NCBI RefSeq assembly: GCF_006345805.1
Contig: NC_043000.1
Coordinates: forward strand, 94,922,001-94,986,000
Origin: Octopus sinensis
Taxonomy: Eukaryota
DNA: 64,000 bases
Reading direction: 5' to 3'
This document shows positions 52,280 through 64,000 of this stretch, one piece after another. A program made the translations under genes and the position numbers. Within the stretch, counting starts at the first letter, position 1. Every line of letters begins with the position of its first letter. The notes under the pieces were generated by a model. It was not told the DNA's origin. It saw only the letters and a list, made by a program, of their open reading frames with translations, and did no database searches.

Positions 52280-52730
52280 ATCTCCATTGGCATCAACTAC
52301 GGCCTTCAGACAACTTCAGAATCTCCTGCAGCTCTTATGGACGGTCTCCTTGTTTAAGTTGGTGAATGCTGCCATAATGCTTGCCTTTAGATCATCTTTG
52401 GTGTTACAAGGAGTTTTGTTCGTCTCTCGCTCAACTGCGCACCCCCACCTCCACATAAATAGAGTTGCTGTCTGGGGAGTTAGGTGGCCAAATTTTAGGG
52501 TTGATGTGGTTTCAGAAATTGTCTGATGACTATGACTGGATTCTCCTGTTGACTGGATGTTTGATTTTTATCACTCCTCAGTTTGACACCTAAACACTTT
52601 AAAATGTTCGTATTGCCGCTTCCAGCACGCATACCAGACAGTACAGCATGTCGTGTCCAAATTTCTGGCAGGGTGAATTCCGCCATGGTACTGTTTTCCT
52701 ACTCAACTGACCATACTATACAATGTAGTC
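52280..52730 (-). pseudogene. Internally deleted maT/DD37D-like Tc1-mariner transposase remnant
   Basis: Minus strand INPKIWPPNSPD...ERETNKTPCNTKDDLKASIMAAFTNLNKETV..SCRRF...AVVDANG. Confidence 0.8.
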
Positions 52731-54789
52731 GACAAAATCAAAAACAAACAATGTACATGCGCGAAATTAAAAATATAAAACCGCGACAATTTACCCATCG
52801 CATCCTGTGTATATATACAAACATAGTAGAATAAGAAATAGAAAGTCCTTGGTACAATATAATATATTTTTTTTTAATGTATAGAAATGGCTTTTTGACA
52901 ATTTTTACGGTATGTGTTTGTGTCACAATGTATCAGTTTTCTATCCTTACTTTTGAAGGAAATGATAAATGTTAATTTTTTTAATGTCGTAATCGTTAAT
53001 CCAAAAATATACATTTCGTGAAAGATATATACAAGTTAAAATTTATATTGTTTTAATATTAACAAGAGTATAAAATATTAATGTATGCAATGGCTGAAAG
53101 CAATTATCAATCGTATTAATAAATATTCATTACTAAAAAGAAATGCTTTTTTATTGCAATTTTTCATGTAAATTAAAGCAATAAAACAGGAGTTTTGCAT
53201 GAATTTTAACATGAAAGTGTTAATATATTCTGCATATTTTATAGTATTTGAATAAATTCATGTACAAGCAGTTAATCATTAATCATTAATTCCTTATTAA
53301 AATGCTCTTTTCTGGAAATCAACGGCCTATCGCCAATTTCGTGGTGAAACAACTCTTATGAGGTAAATATTTTAAAAGGATGGCCCAAGGATGGGTCGGT
53401 GTTTTGTATTACAAACCATTATACTTTCCATCGATCTTACAACAATGCCACTGCTTTCATTGATACTTTGCGATATGTGAAAACCCCAAGTCTTTTATAT
53501 TCGCAACCCCAGCAACAGGATATGAATGGTTACTTCTTAATTGGCCCTCCGGCACCTTCTCAAAATAAGCAGTCACTAACTAAAATTTTCATTAAAGCAA
53601 ACGAAAAATAAATGATGCAATGAATTATTTATTCACTGATATCATTTACTCTTTTTTCATGTTTCCGAAACCTTTAGTTCATCAATATATCTAAACACAT
53701 ATTTAGATACTCGCGACATTTAAAGATTATCTGGACTCAGAATGGTGTAAGAATTGGAATCATGTATATGTAATTCCTAATTTCTTAACAGATTTGTTGA
53801 ATCTCACATTTCTCTTGACGTTAGAGTTACCAGGTATTTATTTAATTGGACTACCTGAATGTTATATTACCGTATACAAAATCTGGTGTTTCGCGGGTAG
53901 CCGTACTCTAAGCTAAATATGGTAAACTTAATTTTATATCATGTACAAAACTGGTCTTTCAATTACAGCTACAATCGACTTGGTTGGTTTAAATTTTACA
54001 TCTACCTAGTTTCATTTATACGGTTATACCGAAAGATATTTGCGTTAGGTACCGCACGGTGAAGTCAAACTCAGGACCTGATAATTTCGAAATGAATCTC
54101 TTGGCCAAACCTGCACCCATTCTTAATAAACGTACTAACAAAAGAATTCCACCAAACTTCATATATTTTGAGACTGAGCAGCCATCGATTTATCTTTGTA
54201 TAGACATAATAAATAAATGTGCCAAATAAATATGTTAGAACTGTTAACCTAATCGAATAGATTCGAATAAGTGAGATTTCAAATATGATCGTGCTGCCTT
54301 TGGGAATTGTGGAAGCACAGAAAAGGAATGACGATGTATTGTAATGAAAGGAAACATTTTAAATTTCTAATATATAATCATTGGCTTCATTATATATAAA
54401 ATATACGTAATTCAATTCCGAAAGAATATATGAGAGAAATGGAAGACAATAAATATTCATGAAAAGTTCATCTGCTTAACTCAAAATGTCATATTTAATA
54501 GCTTCTGAAATCAATTCTTCTAATTAGCTCTTGCATATGAAATAAATATCTCCAAAATATCCTCCGCAAAGATAATATATCAAGCTCCAACTATTTCACA
54601 TTGTACGAAGTACTTTCTATTCGCAGTATCTGTTTCCCTCTTCGAACCATACACTTTCTTGTCGTAATTATTTTGATTAATGAAATATACATTCAAATTA
54701 TGTTGGTGCTTATTTATTTTGTTATTTTGTAATTTTTGTATTTACAATTTCGGCTTTTGTACAACACAGTACATCTCTAAATAAATGGT

Positions 54790-54999
54790 CGTGATGCTGA
54801 AAAGTCCCTGGTTTTAAGGGTGTCGCGAAAGGTCTGGTTAGAAGCCCAACCTTCCGAGTTCTTTTACAGGGCTGAAAAATATGAAAGATCGCTGCAATAA
54901 GTGTTGAATCTGAGAGCAGAATATGTTGGATAAAATTATAATTAACTAGTCCACCTATACTTCCTATTATCCAAAGCCAGGAACCTTTTAGCATCCCTC
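54790..54999. mobile_element. Mariner-derived MITE, same family as 40599-40816
   Basis: GATGCTGAAAAGTCCCTGGTTTT ... AAAGCCAGGAACCTTTTAGCATCCC imperfect TIRs. Confidence 0.8.
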
Positions 55000-55001
55000 A
55001 G

Positions 55002-55087
<86 letters not shown>

Positions 55088-56939
55088 TATATATATTCAA
55101 TTAGAGAATAAAATAGCCTTATTAAGTGATAGTAATATCCAATGAATTACTGATTCATTGCCTAGTATTTTTTGTGAATAATAATATTCATGAAATAATA
55201 GGTCTAAATATAAATCTTGGTTTATAAATATTCAAAAGAAAATTTAGAAAATGAAGATGTAGCAGTAATATAATCTATTATCTGCAAAAATCCAACATAT
55301 TCTCTTACACCTGTTACAATTTAGCCTAAAAGATTAAATTACAATAATTTAAATCATTGTATTAGTATTAGGCAAAATCTCATCAGAGGGGTAGAAAAGA
55401 TATACTGTTAGATTATTAGGTGTTGTGTTTTCAAATCATCAAATGTATACACATACATATACCAAATGCCACCACATGTATTCACATACATATATTAAAT
55501 AAACGGGACAGAATTTATGTAGTCAACTAATTTAGAAGCTTCGAAGAATTTATAAGGTGATGCACACGCACTCAGCTCCAAGTTATGAAGTTTATGATGT
55601 AATTTTTGTTTCGCACTCTGCTCACACTTTGTTCTGAAACATATGCATATTGTGTTCAAACTCGCGGTTACTAATATCACGATGCCTACGCGAAATCTCA
55701 AAATATAAATATATGAGTTTGTGTCTGTATGTAAATGTGGTTCCATATGGTTTTTTACTGTGACAGAATTATTATAATTTAATATAAAACTTACAGCCTA
55801 GTGTCCAGCTGAGTAAACAGATAAAAGGGAAAATATATTTTACTTTTTTATTATTGTATATAGCTGTAAGTTCTTACGTTTGAGAATGCTTTTATTTATA
55901 ACATTTTTTAGCATAACCAATTGCTGTTTACTGTAGACCAACATATCAAAATGTTTTCTGTTACTTTCTTCTTTTTAGACAAGAACGTTTTATCCATGCG
56001 GGAACACACTTCTAAGATACTGACAAATTCAATGATTTCCACTAAAACTTTAAATCTTCTGTGCAAGGAAATTATACACATCCTGTATATGTTGATGGTA
56101 TATGTGAGACGGCGTGTGTGTGTATGTATGTGTACGTGTGTGTGTGTTTGTTTGTGTGTGTATGTGTACGTGTGTGTGTGTGTGGCATTTTAGAATGCTT
56201 TAAATAATATGCGAGATCTGTCTAAAAGGAAACCGATCATTTTTAAAAGTCAAATTTATTGCTTTATTTAAAAGTTAATCAGATTTGTCTCCTTAAAAAA
56301 TAGACCTCACTAACTACAATGTTGATACACTGTTCCCATCGGGTTTTAAAACGTCTTTAAAAAATGTTTTGGCGGGTGACTTTTACCCCGGATCTAATAA
56401 TAGCTATATCATTATACATCAGTTAGTTATCAATCTATGCGTGCTAGCGTAAATGTATGATTAGTGCACTTGACTATTTTGGGGGAATATTTAGAAGAGC
56501 AAAGTACTTATGTGAAATTCTGTTCAAATTGGAAAAAAAAACTTTATATGTCGATTGTAAATAAGAATTTTGAGGCTCTGCGCAAACATTCAAAGCGAAA
56601 AGAACATTCCGAGAAGACAATTCCAACTCTGGACAAATTTCTACCACACCAGGCAATAAGTACGTCGTAAGCCTTCGCGTTGTGGTTCGTGGAAATCTTC
56701 GTTTGGTGTGTCCGTAAAATTTCTGTTGGAGCAGTAGGTATCAGTAATCGTACGTGCCATAGGAGTTTAAGGGGATAATTGAACATGTATCGTGTTGTTT
56801 GTTCAATCTATTGAAAGTACTTTATTGCATTATCGACTACTTGCATCATAAAATCGCTTTTGACGCTTGGTGTTAAGTGTTCGCCTAATAGAATATTAGC
56901 ACCCACTTTTTTGCACGCTGTCGGCAACTTGGTAATATA

Positions 56940-58184
56940 CGAGGGGCGTTCAATAAGTAATGCCCCTGATCCACTTCCAATAGCAGTAGAGCAACGCAAC
57001 TTAGCACAGTTATTAATCTTTTTCTACATAGGAACAACCCAGAGTTACGCATCTCTCCCATCGTTTGATGCAGCTCTGGAGACCGTTTTCGTAGAAGACC
57101 CCAGCTTGGTCCTCCAACCACGACGTGACATCAGAAATCAAGGCTGAATCATCTGGGAAACGCTTTCCTTTCAAAAACAACTTCATGGCTGGGAAGAGGT
57201 GAAAATCAGAGGGTGCAAGGTCAGGAGAGTAGGGGGATGGGGGAATAGTTCATAGCCGCACGCCTGTGCTTCTGATCTGGTGGCACGCGAGTTGTGGACC
57301 GGAGCGTTGTCCTGCAAGAGGAGGATGCCTTTGCTGATCTTGCCCCGCCTCTTGGTTTTGATAGCTTCTCTTAATTTCTTCAAAAGTGAAGCATAATAGG
57401 CTCCTGTAATTGTGGTACCCTTTGCCAGGAAATCTGTCATCACTACTCCGTCCTGGTCCCAGAAGACTGTGAGCATGACCTTGCCAGCGGAGGGCTGCAC
57501 CCTTGCCTCCTTTGGAGGAGGTGAGTCATGGTGCTTCCACTGCATTGACTGGGGTTTGGTCTCTGGATCATAGTGATGAACCCAGGTCTCATCCTGTGTA
57601 ATCAGTCTTTTGAAAAATTTTGACTCATCGTCTTGGCACATCCCTAAATTCATCCTCGAGCACTCGACGCGCTCTTGCTTCTGGAAAAGTGTGAGCAACC
57701 TGGGAATCCATCTGGCAGACACCTTTTGCATATGAAAATGGTCATGAATGATAGCTTCCACAGACCCGGTACTAATCTTGACCTCATGGGCTATTTCGCG
57801 AATAGTTATGCGTCGATCTTCCAAAATGGCAGTATCAACTTGACGGACAGATGCCTCATCAATGGCAGAAGGGGTGCGACCAGATCTGGGAGCTGTTTCC
57901 ACAGAGTTCCGACCATATTTGAATTCACGATGCCAGCGTTTTACAAGGTCATATGATGGGGCATCATCACCATAAGTTATTTTCATTTCATTAAAAGTCT
58001 CCTGTGGTGTGCGTCATTTCAAATACAAAAACCGGATCACTGCTCGACACTCAACAGGCTCCATTTCCCACTTGACTCATTTCAAACACCTGTAAATCAG
58101 AAACTACAATTAGTTCGGAGCTGTAATTTGCCACTTAATCCAACGGCAAGTGGGTCAGAGGCATTACTTATTGAACGCCCCTCG
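56940..58184 (-). mobile_element. Full-length mariner (irritans/Hsmar2-like), 1245 bp
   Basis: Perfect 25-bp TIR CGAGGGGCGTTCAATAAGTAATGCC at 56940-56964 and 58160-58184; TA on both sides. Confidence 0.97.
57013..58064 (-). pseudogene. Mariner D,D34D transposase with one premature stop and one frameshift
   Basis: MEPVECRAVIRFLYLK*RTPQETFNEMKITYG...WIPRLLT...QDETWVHHYDPE...QDNAPVH...HPP(fs)YSPDLAPSDFHLF...YVEKD*. Confidence 0.95.
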
Positions 58185-58899
58185 TACATAAAAAATAGTA
58201 AAAATTGCTCATATTTAACATGAGGTCAATTCATATATCATATATAAAGAGTGTGTGTAGATGTGTGCATATATGTATATTCATGGACTCACACACATTC
58301 ACACAAACACTCACAATTGCACAAATACACACGCGCACATACACACACAATTATCTGCTGTCAGTTGGACAAAATGAGATGACGTAATGGTCATACAGAT
58401 GCTGCTTCATCATTCCAATAACAAGAGGCAAGTGGGTGTATGTCTATGAGGTTGAAAGAAAAAGCAGCTTCTCCACCGGCCTGGATCAGCGTCAACGTGA
58501 CCGAAAACAGAAAACAAATTATAATCTTTCAAGTGTGAGTACGATTTGGACCATCTGTTTTGGTTGGAAATGCTTTCTTCATCTATCTATGTGCCTGTCT
58601 GTCTGTCTATCTATCTATCTATCTGTCTGTAGTTCCACATATATTTATTTCTTTGAAAGATATGGTGTTCTCATATGTAAAGTGCATCTGAACTTGCCTA
58701 GTGACCAGCTGGGTGAATAGATAAAATTAAAACATATTTTCATTTCTGAATGTATGTTGTTACGAGTAAGACTGCATTAATCCCTTAAACATTTCTTAGC
58801 AAAACCAATCACTGTATATCCTTGACAGTTCTATCAAAATATTTTCAGTAATCGTTTTACAATATTTTTACAGATATCACGAGTTCATTTCCCATGGTG

Positions 58900-59240
58900 A
58901 TTTTAACTTGGATTTGGAGATGCCTGACACAGGAAGTACAAAAGAGACTTGAGATACAGACAAAAAAGCCTGGATGCTGCGCATCGACGTTGCATTTGCT
59001 CACACGACATTTCTTAATCGTGACACTTCGACAAAGTGCGAGACGCCTATCATCCCCACATTGGACTTATTCTCACAATTTTTCCATTGTAGAATTTTAT
59101 TTCGTTTTTAATTGCGAATTTCTCTTGAAAAGTCGCCGATATCAGACAGATGAAGCGACCGAAGAAAATTCTCTAGAACGACTATATACTACCCGCCAAA
59201 ACATAACATTGCAGTCGCGTGTACACTGCACCGCTTTGTT
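58900..59240 (+). pseudogene. Decayed mariner transposase 3' remnant
   Basis: LKSRRYQTDEATEENSL and a degenerate PYSPDL-like segment. Confidence 0.5.
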
Positions 59241-59567
59241 GGCGTTCTGCTGCAAATGTTCCTTTCCTTGGATAGACTTCATATTCTTGCCAGGATTCAA
59301 TCCACAATAACACTTAGAATTGTTTCGATTGTTCCTTTGATAGCAATATTTAGATAAATGCGTTTTCTTTTGTTTATTTGACGTTTAATTTTCAATATTG
59401 TAAAAAAAAATGTTTTTAGATTATGCACTATAGGAATGCAGCCAAGTATTTCATTTGGAACCAATACTGTGATTTAGTATTCATGCCTTATCGAAGCTGT
59501 ATGTCTCTTCCGTTTCTTGACAAAGTAAGCGTTCAAGTAAAAAATGTTTTCTTGTTTTTTCTTTAAG

Positions 59568-59611
59568 TGCCTTATTGCACTTAACTAACTTCACCACCAA
59601 AATAAAATCAG
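59568..59611 (+). CDS. Candidate 44-nt internal exon, phase-compatible with the exon at 136-269
   Basis: Acceptor TTTTCTTGTTTTTTCTTTAAG and donor CAG|GTAAGG; only the phase-2 entry frame is open (ALLHLTNFTTKIKS). Confidence 0.2.
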
Positions 59612-60119
59612 GTAAGGCTGCAAAGTTTTCACAGATTAGAATTTCGGATAATCTAGCACTAAGAATCTCTTTTGGAAAAATGGAATTTAATAAGTAGTAC
59701 TCTATAACCATCTTGAATTACTGCCAGAATCTTTCTCTAGTATGTAACAAGATCGATGGTACTTCAACACAGGCATGATACGGAACCTAGATTTATGTTT
59801 TAGCAGCCTATGTAAAAAACATGTTTAGTGAAGTAATAGAATAAATCATTCCTTTCCATTAGAGACTAATAGAGTTTCTCCGTTTATACGTATTATAAAA
59901 TAAAAAGAGTATAAGAGCGAATTAGAAGGATAGATGAAAGAAATAAAGTTCTTCAATACACCGTAAAAAAAAAACCTAGCCAAAATACTTGATAACATCT
60001 ATATGACTGAGAAAATATTCATGTCAGGTGGTTTTATGTGCAAAAATGAATGAAGTGAAATTTCTGTTCCAGCAAAGATCCATGATTAGGGTAGATGATT
60101 ATGAGCCGGGTTCAGTATA

Positions 60120-60443
60120 ACGTTAAACGTCGCCCTTTTCAAGCCTAGCCTGGCTCATGGGCCCGGTTTCCCAGTTTCTGTGGCGTATGTGTCCCCCCCC
60201 TCCCCAGCTGGACGGGACGCCAGCCCATCGCAGCGTTACTCAAGAAACAGGAAGAGAGAGTGAAAGAAAGTTGTGGCGAAAGAGTACAACAGGGGTCGCC
60301 ACCCACCCCACTGCCGGAGCTTCGTGGAGCTTTTAGGTGTTTTCGCGCAATAAACACACACAAGGCCCGGTATGGGAATCGAAACCGCGATCCTCCGACC
60401 GCGAGCACGCTGTCCTAACCAGTGGGCCATTGCGCCACCACTA
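60120..60443 (-). mobile_element. SINE family D (OK-like), full length, with 12-bp TSD
   Basis: tRNA head, body and tail; GGGTTCAGTATA at 60108-60119 and 60444-60455. Confidence 0.92.
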
Positions 60444-60519
60444 GGGTTCAGTATAGTGACATATTATCGTTTCTCGGGATTTTTTATTATTATTTCATCG
60501 TTCCAAGTCCTCAACTTGT

Positions 60520-60690
60520 GCTAATTTCATCGACCCCCAGAGTTCAACTTGTACTTAATTCGTCGACCCCGAAAGGATGAAAGGCAAAGTCGAACATGAC
60601 AGAATTTGAACTCAGAACTTAAAGACTGATGAGATGCTGCTAAGTATTTTGTCCGATGTTCCAACGATTCTCCCACCACGCCGCCTTATA
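60520..60690 (-). mobile_element. SINE family A, diverged
   Basis: GTCGACCCCGAAAGGATGAAAGGCAAAGTCGA core and CGCCGCCTTAT head end. Confidence 0.8.
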
Positions 60691-60730
60691 TTTTAGTACT
60701 TAAAATTAAGTTATTTCATTATGTGTATAA

Positions 60731-60771
<41 letters not shown>

Positions 60772-60869
60772 TATATTTATACATTTTGTGTGTGTTCGAC
60801 TCTCGGAAAGTTTGCAGGGACTTAATGGGTATGTATGTATACATCTTCATATACATACATAGACATTCT

Positions 60870-60901
<32 letters not shown>

Positions 60902-61421
60902 TGTATGTATGTATGTATGTACGTATGTATGTATGTATGTATGCATGTATGTTTGTATGTATGTGAAAAAGACTGGCTGATTGAGTGATCTGAAGATTTA
61001 TGCAACAATCAAATATCTAGTTGGTTTTTTCGTAGAGTATTTGTCCAAGTAAAATAAAAGGACGTCTAATAGGACCAATAAGAATGCGTTCCTTATTCGT
61101 TGAATGACTCACTCGTGGTGATTCAATATACATACTAATGCAAACGCACACAGACACACACTCAGACACACACAAACTCATACGTGTATACATATGTGTA
61201 CGTGTTTGTGTGCGTGATGAAATGTTATCAAGACTGTCAAATTCAATCGAAAATGATTTAGTTAATTGAAAACTTTTGAGTGGAATATCATATCAGATAT
61301 ATTTTTGCTGACATTGCGCTGACATATACTTCAAAATTTCGGTTTCCCGACCGCCATGAGGGATTCTGACGGCTGCTAAACCGAAATTTCGAAATATATA
61401 CATACGCAAACACATTTATAC

Positions 61422-61462
<41 letters not shown>

Positions 61463-61514
61463 TATATGTATCTCTCTCTATATATATACACATAATATAT
61501 ATTATATATATAAT

Positions 61515-61581
<67 letters not shown>

Positions 61582-62087
61582 GACAACGTATAATAATGAT
61601 AATGATCATTATATATGCGTTTAATGTAGTAAATCCTACGTACGCGAGTATGCGATAGTTATTTTAGGTTTGTTCATTGATTGGTTAACGCAATTGGTTC
61701 ATTGATCGGTTAAGAAAGGTTGAACGAATTTAAAGAACTAATGAATTCCCATTGGAGCCGTAGTATTCTGAAGAAAAACAAAGCAGAAAGATGATAAATA
61801 AATTATGTGTGTGTGTGTGTGTGTGTGTGCACGCATGTATATAGATATTAGCAGAACTGTTCACTCTGTTGCAAGCATTCATGTTTCCGGTTTGAGGTAT
61901 CGTTCTCTACTTAGTTTCGTAAGGCCTGAAACGTCTCATAGACACCGCTTTCCTCCCTAAATGAAAAGAAACAGTAAAATAAAAAGAAAAAGAATAAATC
62001 AAAATATCAGTCTTCAAAGGTACCTGTCGAATCAATTATGTCTGTACAGCTTTCATAATTAAAACTTAGTAATATAACTAATGTGCA

Positions 62088-62151
<64 letters not shown>

Positions 62152-62329
62152 CCTGTTTATATATATTAGGAATACCCAAAACTAATCGAAAGTGTTCTCT
62201 GTGAGACAAGTCAGCTGTAGTTCAGGCTTCAACTGCAAGAAGACACTAGATGCAACACTCAGGCATCAGTCTGCCAACTTGTGTCATTTAGAGAGGCCAT
62301 GCTACCACATGGTGCATCTTTGTTTTGCA

Positions 62330-63031
62330 GTGCTTCTCCCCTGTTCGTCAATTCTTGCGAACGCAGAAGCGAATGAATAGTGTGCTTCCTTGAAACTTTT
62401 TTTTCTGCTGAGGAAAACGACGGCTGAAACAGTTGTCATGCTTCAGACTGCTTACAAAGATGCTGCCTGATTCGTAAATCACAAGTTTCGAATGGTTTTC
62501 ACGTTTAAGGATTGGTCACATGTCGCTTGATGACCAACCTGACCGTCGAACACCTAAACGAATGAAAACATCAGGAAAATTCATGAGGACCGTCGCCGAA
62601 CAATTTATGAACTTGTTGATATGACTGGTGTGTCCTGAAGCTACTGCCAGCGAATTTTGAGCGAGGAATTGTGAATGAAAAGAATTGCAGCAAATTTGTG
62701 CCTCGCTTGCTCAAAAGCAATCCAGACTGAATGCGTGTCGTGAACTGAAAGAACAGCTGGCAGCTGATCCGGGCCCTTTTTTCGAATGTCATCACTGGTG
62801 ACGAAAACTGATGCTACGGAATTTTCAGATGTGGAAGTCATGAAGAAAAAAGTCGATGGAGGCTTTAAAAGGCAAGAGTTTTTGCACTTCTTCGAACACT
62901 GGAAAACGCGTCTGGGCTGATGTATTACTTCAAATGAAGAATACTTCGAAGGCGATAAATGAGTAAACCTGTAAAACTAAGTGAATAAAATAACTTGCAA
63001 AATTGTGGTTTCTTTCGGGTATTCCCTCATA
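62330..63031 (+). pseudogene. Decayed, internally deleted mariner
   Basis: LRKTTAETVVMLQTAYKD, EWFSRLRIGHMSLDD, KFVPRLL, VITGDEN, YFEGDK* remnants; right end TATTCCCTCATA. Confidence 0.8.
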
Positions 63032-63067
63032 CGTACATATGCTTGTGTACGGATGTATGTATTTATG

Positions 63068-63302
<235 letters not shown>

Positions 63303-63781
63303 GGAGTGAAAAACGGTATGGACCTTTTGTTTTGGTGTCTCGTTCTGCTGTATACGACTATGAGGATTTGCATCCCCAACAAAAAACTTGTCTTTTTCCA
63401 AACTTCTCAAACCTGCTATAATGTAATACATGTCTTTGGTGTGGTAATTGTGCACGGCTGAAGAAGGCTATTGACATACATGTTACATCAATTATGCATT
63501 GATATAAACTGTCCAATAAAGCCAGAAACATATGTACCGCTAAATCCTTTGCATCCTGTTTTTCTTTTAATAAATATACCCTATCACCTACACCACTAAC
63601 TGGCATATACAGGTGCTTACAGTTATCACGTATTCACCCAGAATTTTTTATACATATATATATTGTACATATACTTCCGGTATTCGAGTACTATTTTTCC
63701 CACCTTGTTTCACATTTAAGTGCTTATTCTGGTACATACATACATACGTACATATATATATATTTACATACGTGCATGCAT

Positions 63782-63884
<103 letters not shown>

Positions 63885-64000
63885 CATACGTACGTACATA
63901 TACATATATAAAGTAGAAAATATAGCACCATTGACTTTAAAATAATTATAACCAAATCAATAGTAAAGTTTATTTGCCAGCTTAACGTGGCAGCCCTGAA

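Noticed and set aside
56464-56670. BED-finger/hAT-like peptide (NFEALRKHSKRKEH)
   Set aside because: Cysteine pair not convincing, and no TIR or catalytic region found.
62408-62445. CTGAGGA...GAAAC...GTC hammerhead-like match
   Set aside because: No stem I or II pairing; lies in mariner coding sequence.

Overview
AT-rich animal genomic DNA, almost entirely non-coding and dense in microsatellites and transposable elements. The SINE families and repeat landscape point to an octopus (inference). No multi-exon host gene could be assembled; the only credible host coding signal is a signal-peptide exon at 136-269 (+), so most of the window may be one large intron. Main contents: a 5'-truncated, frameshifted Penelope-like retroelement (RT + GIY-YIG, 6268-9272) with an inverted terminal duplication; a second PLE fragment; five recognisable type I hammerhead ribozyme motifs in PLE-type terminal repeats next to (TA)n; four tRNA-headed SINE families, one forming tandem arrays and sharing a 3' tail with a Tx1/L1-like LINE found in (GATA)n; RTE, CR1-like and Gypsy fragments; a near-intact mariner plus decayed mariner/maT copies and MITEs; a Merlin-like MITE carrying TTAGGG repeats; and a ~320-bp fold-back element. 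Nearly all ORFs in the supplied track are microsatellite artefacts. Boundaries of degenerate repeats are approximate, and family names rest on motif recognition, not database searches.
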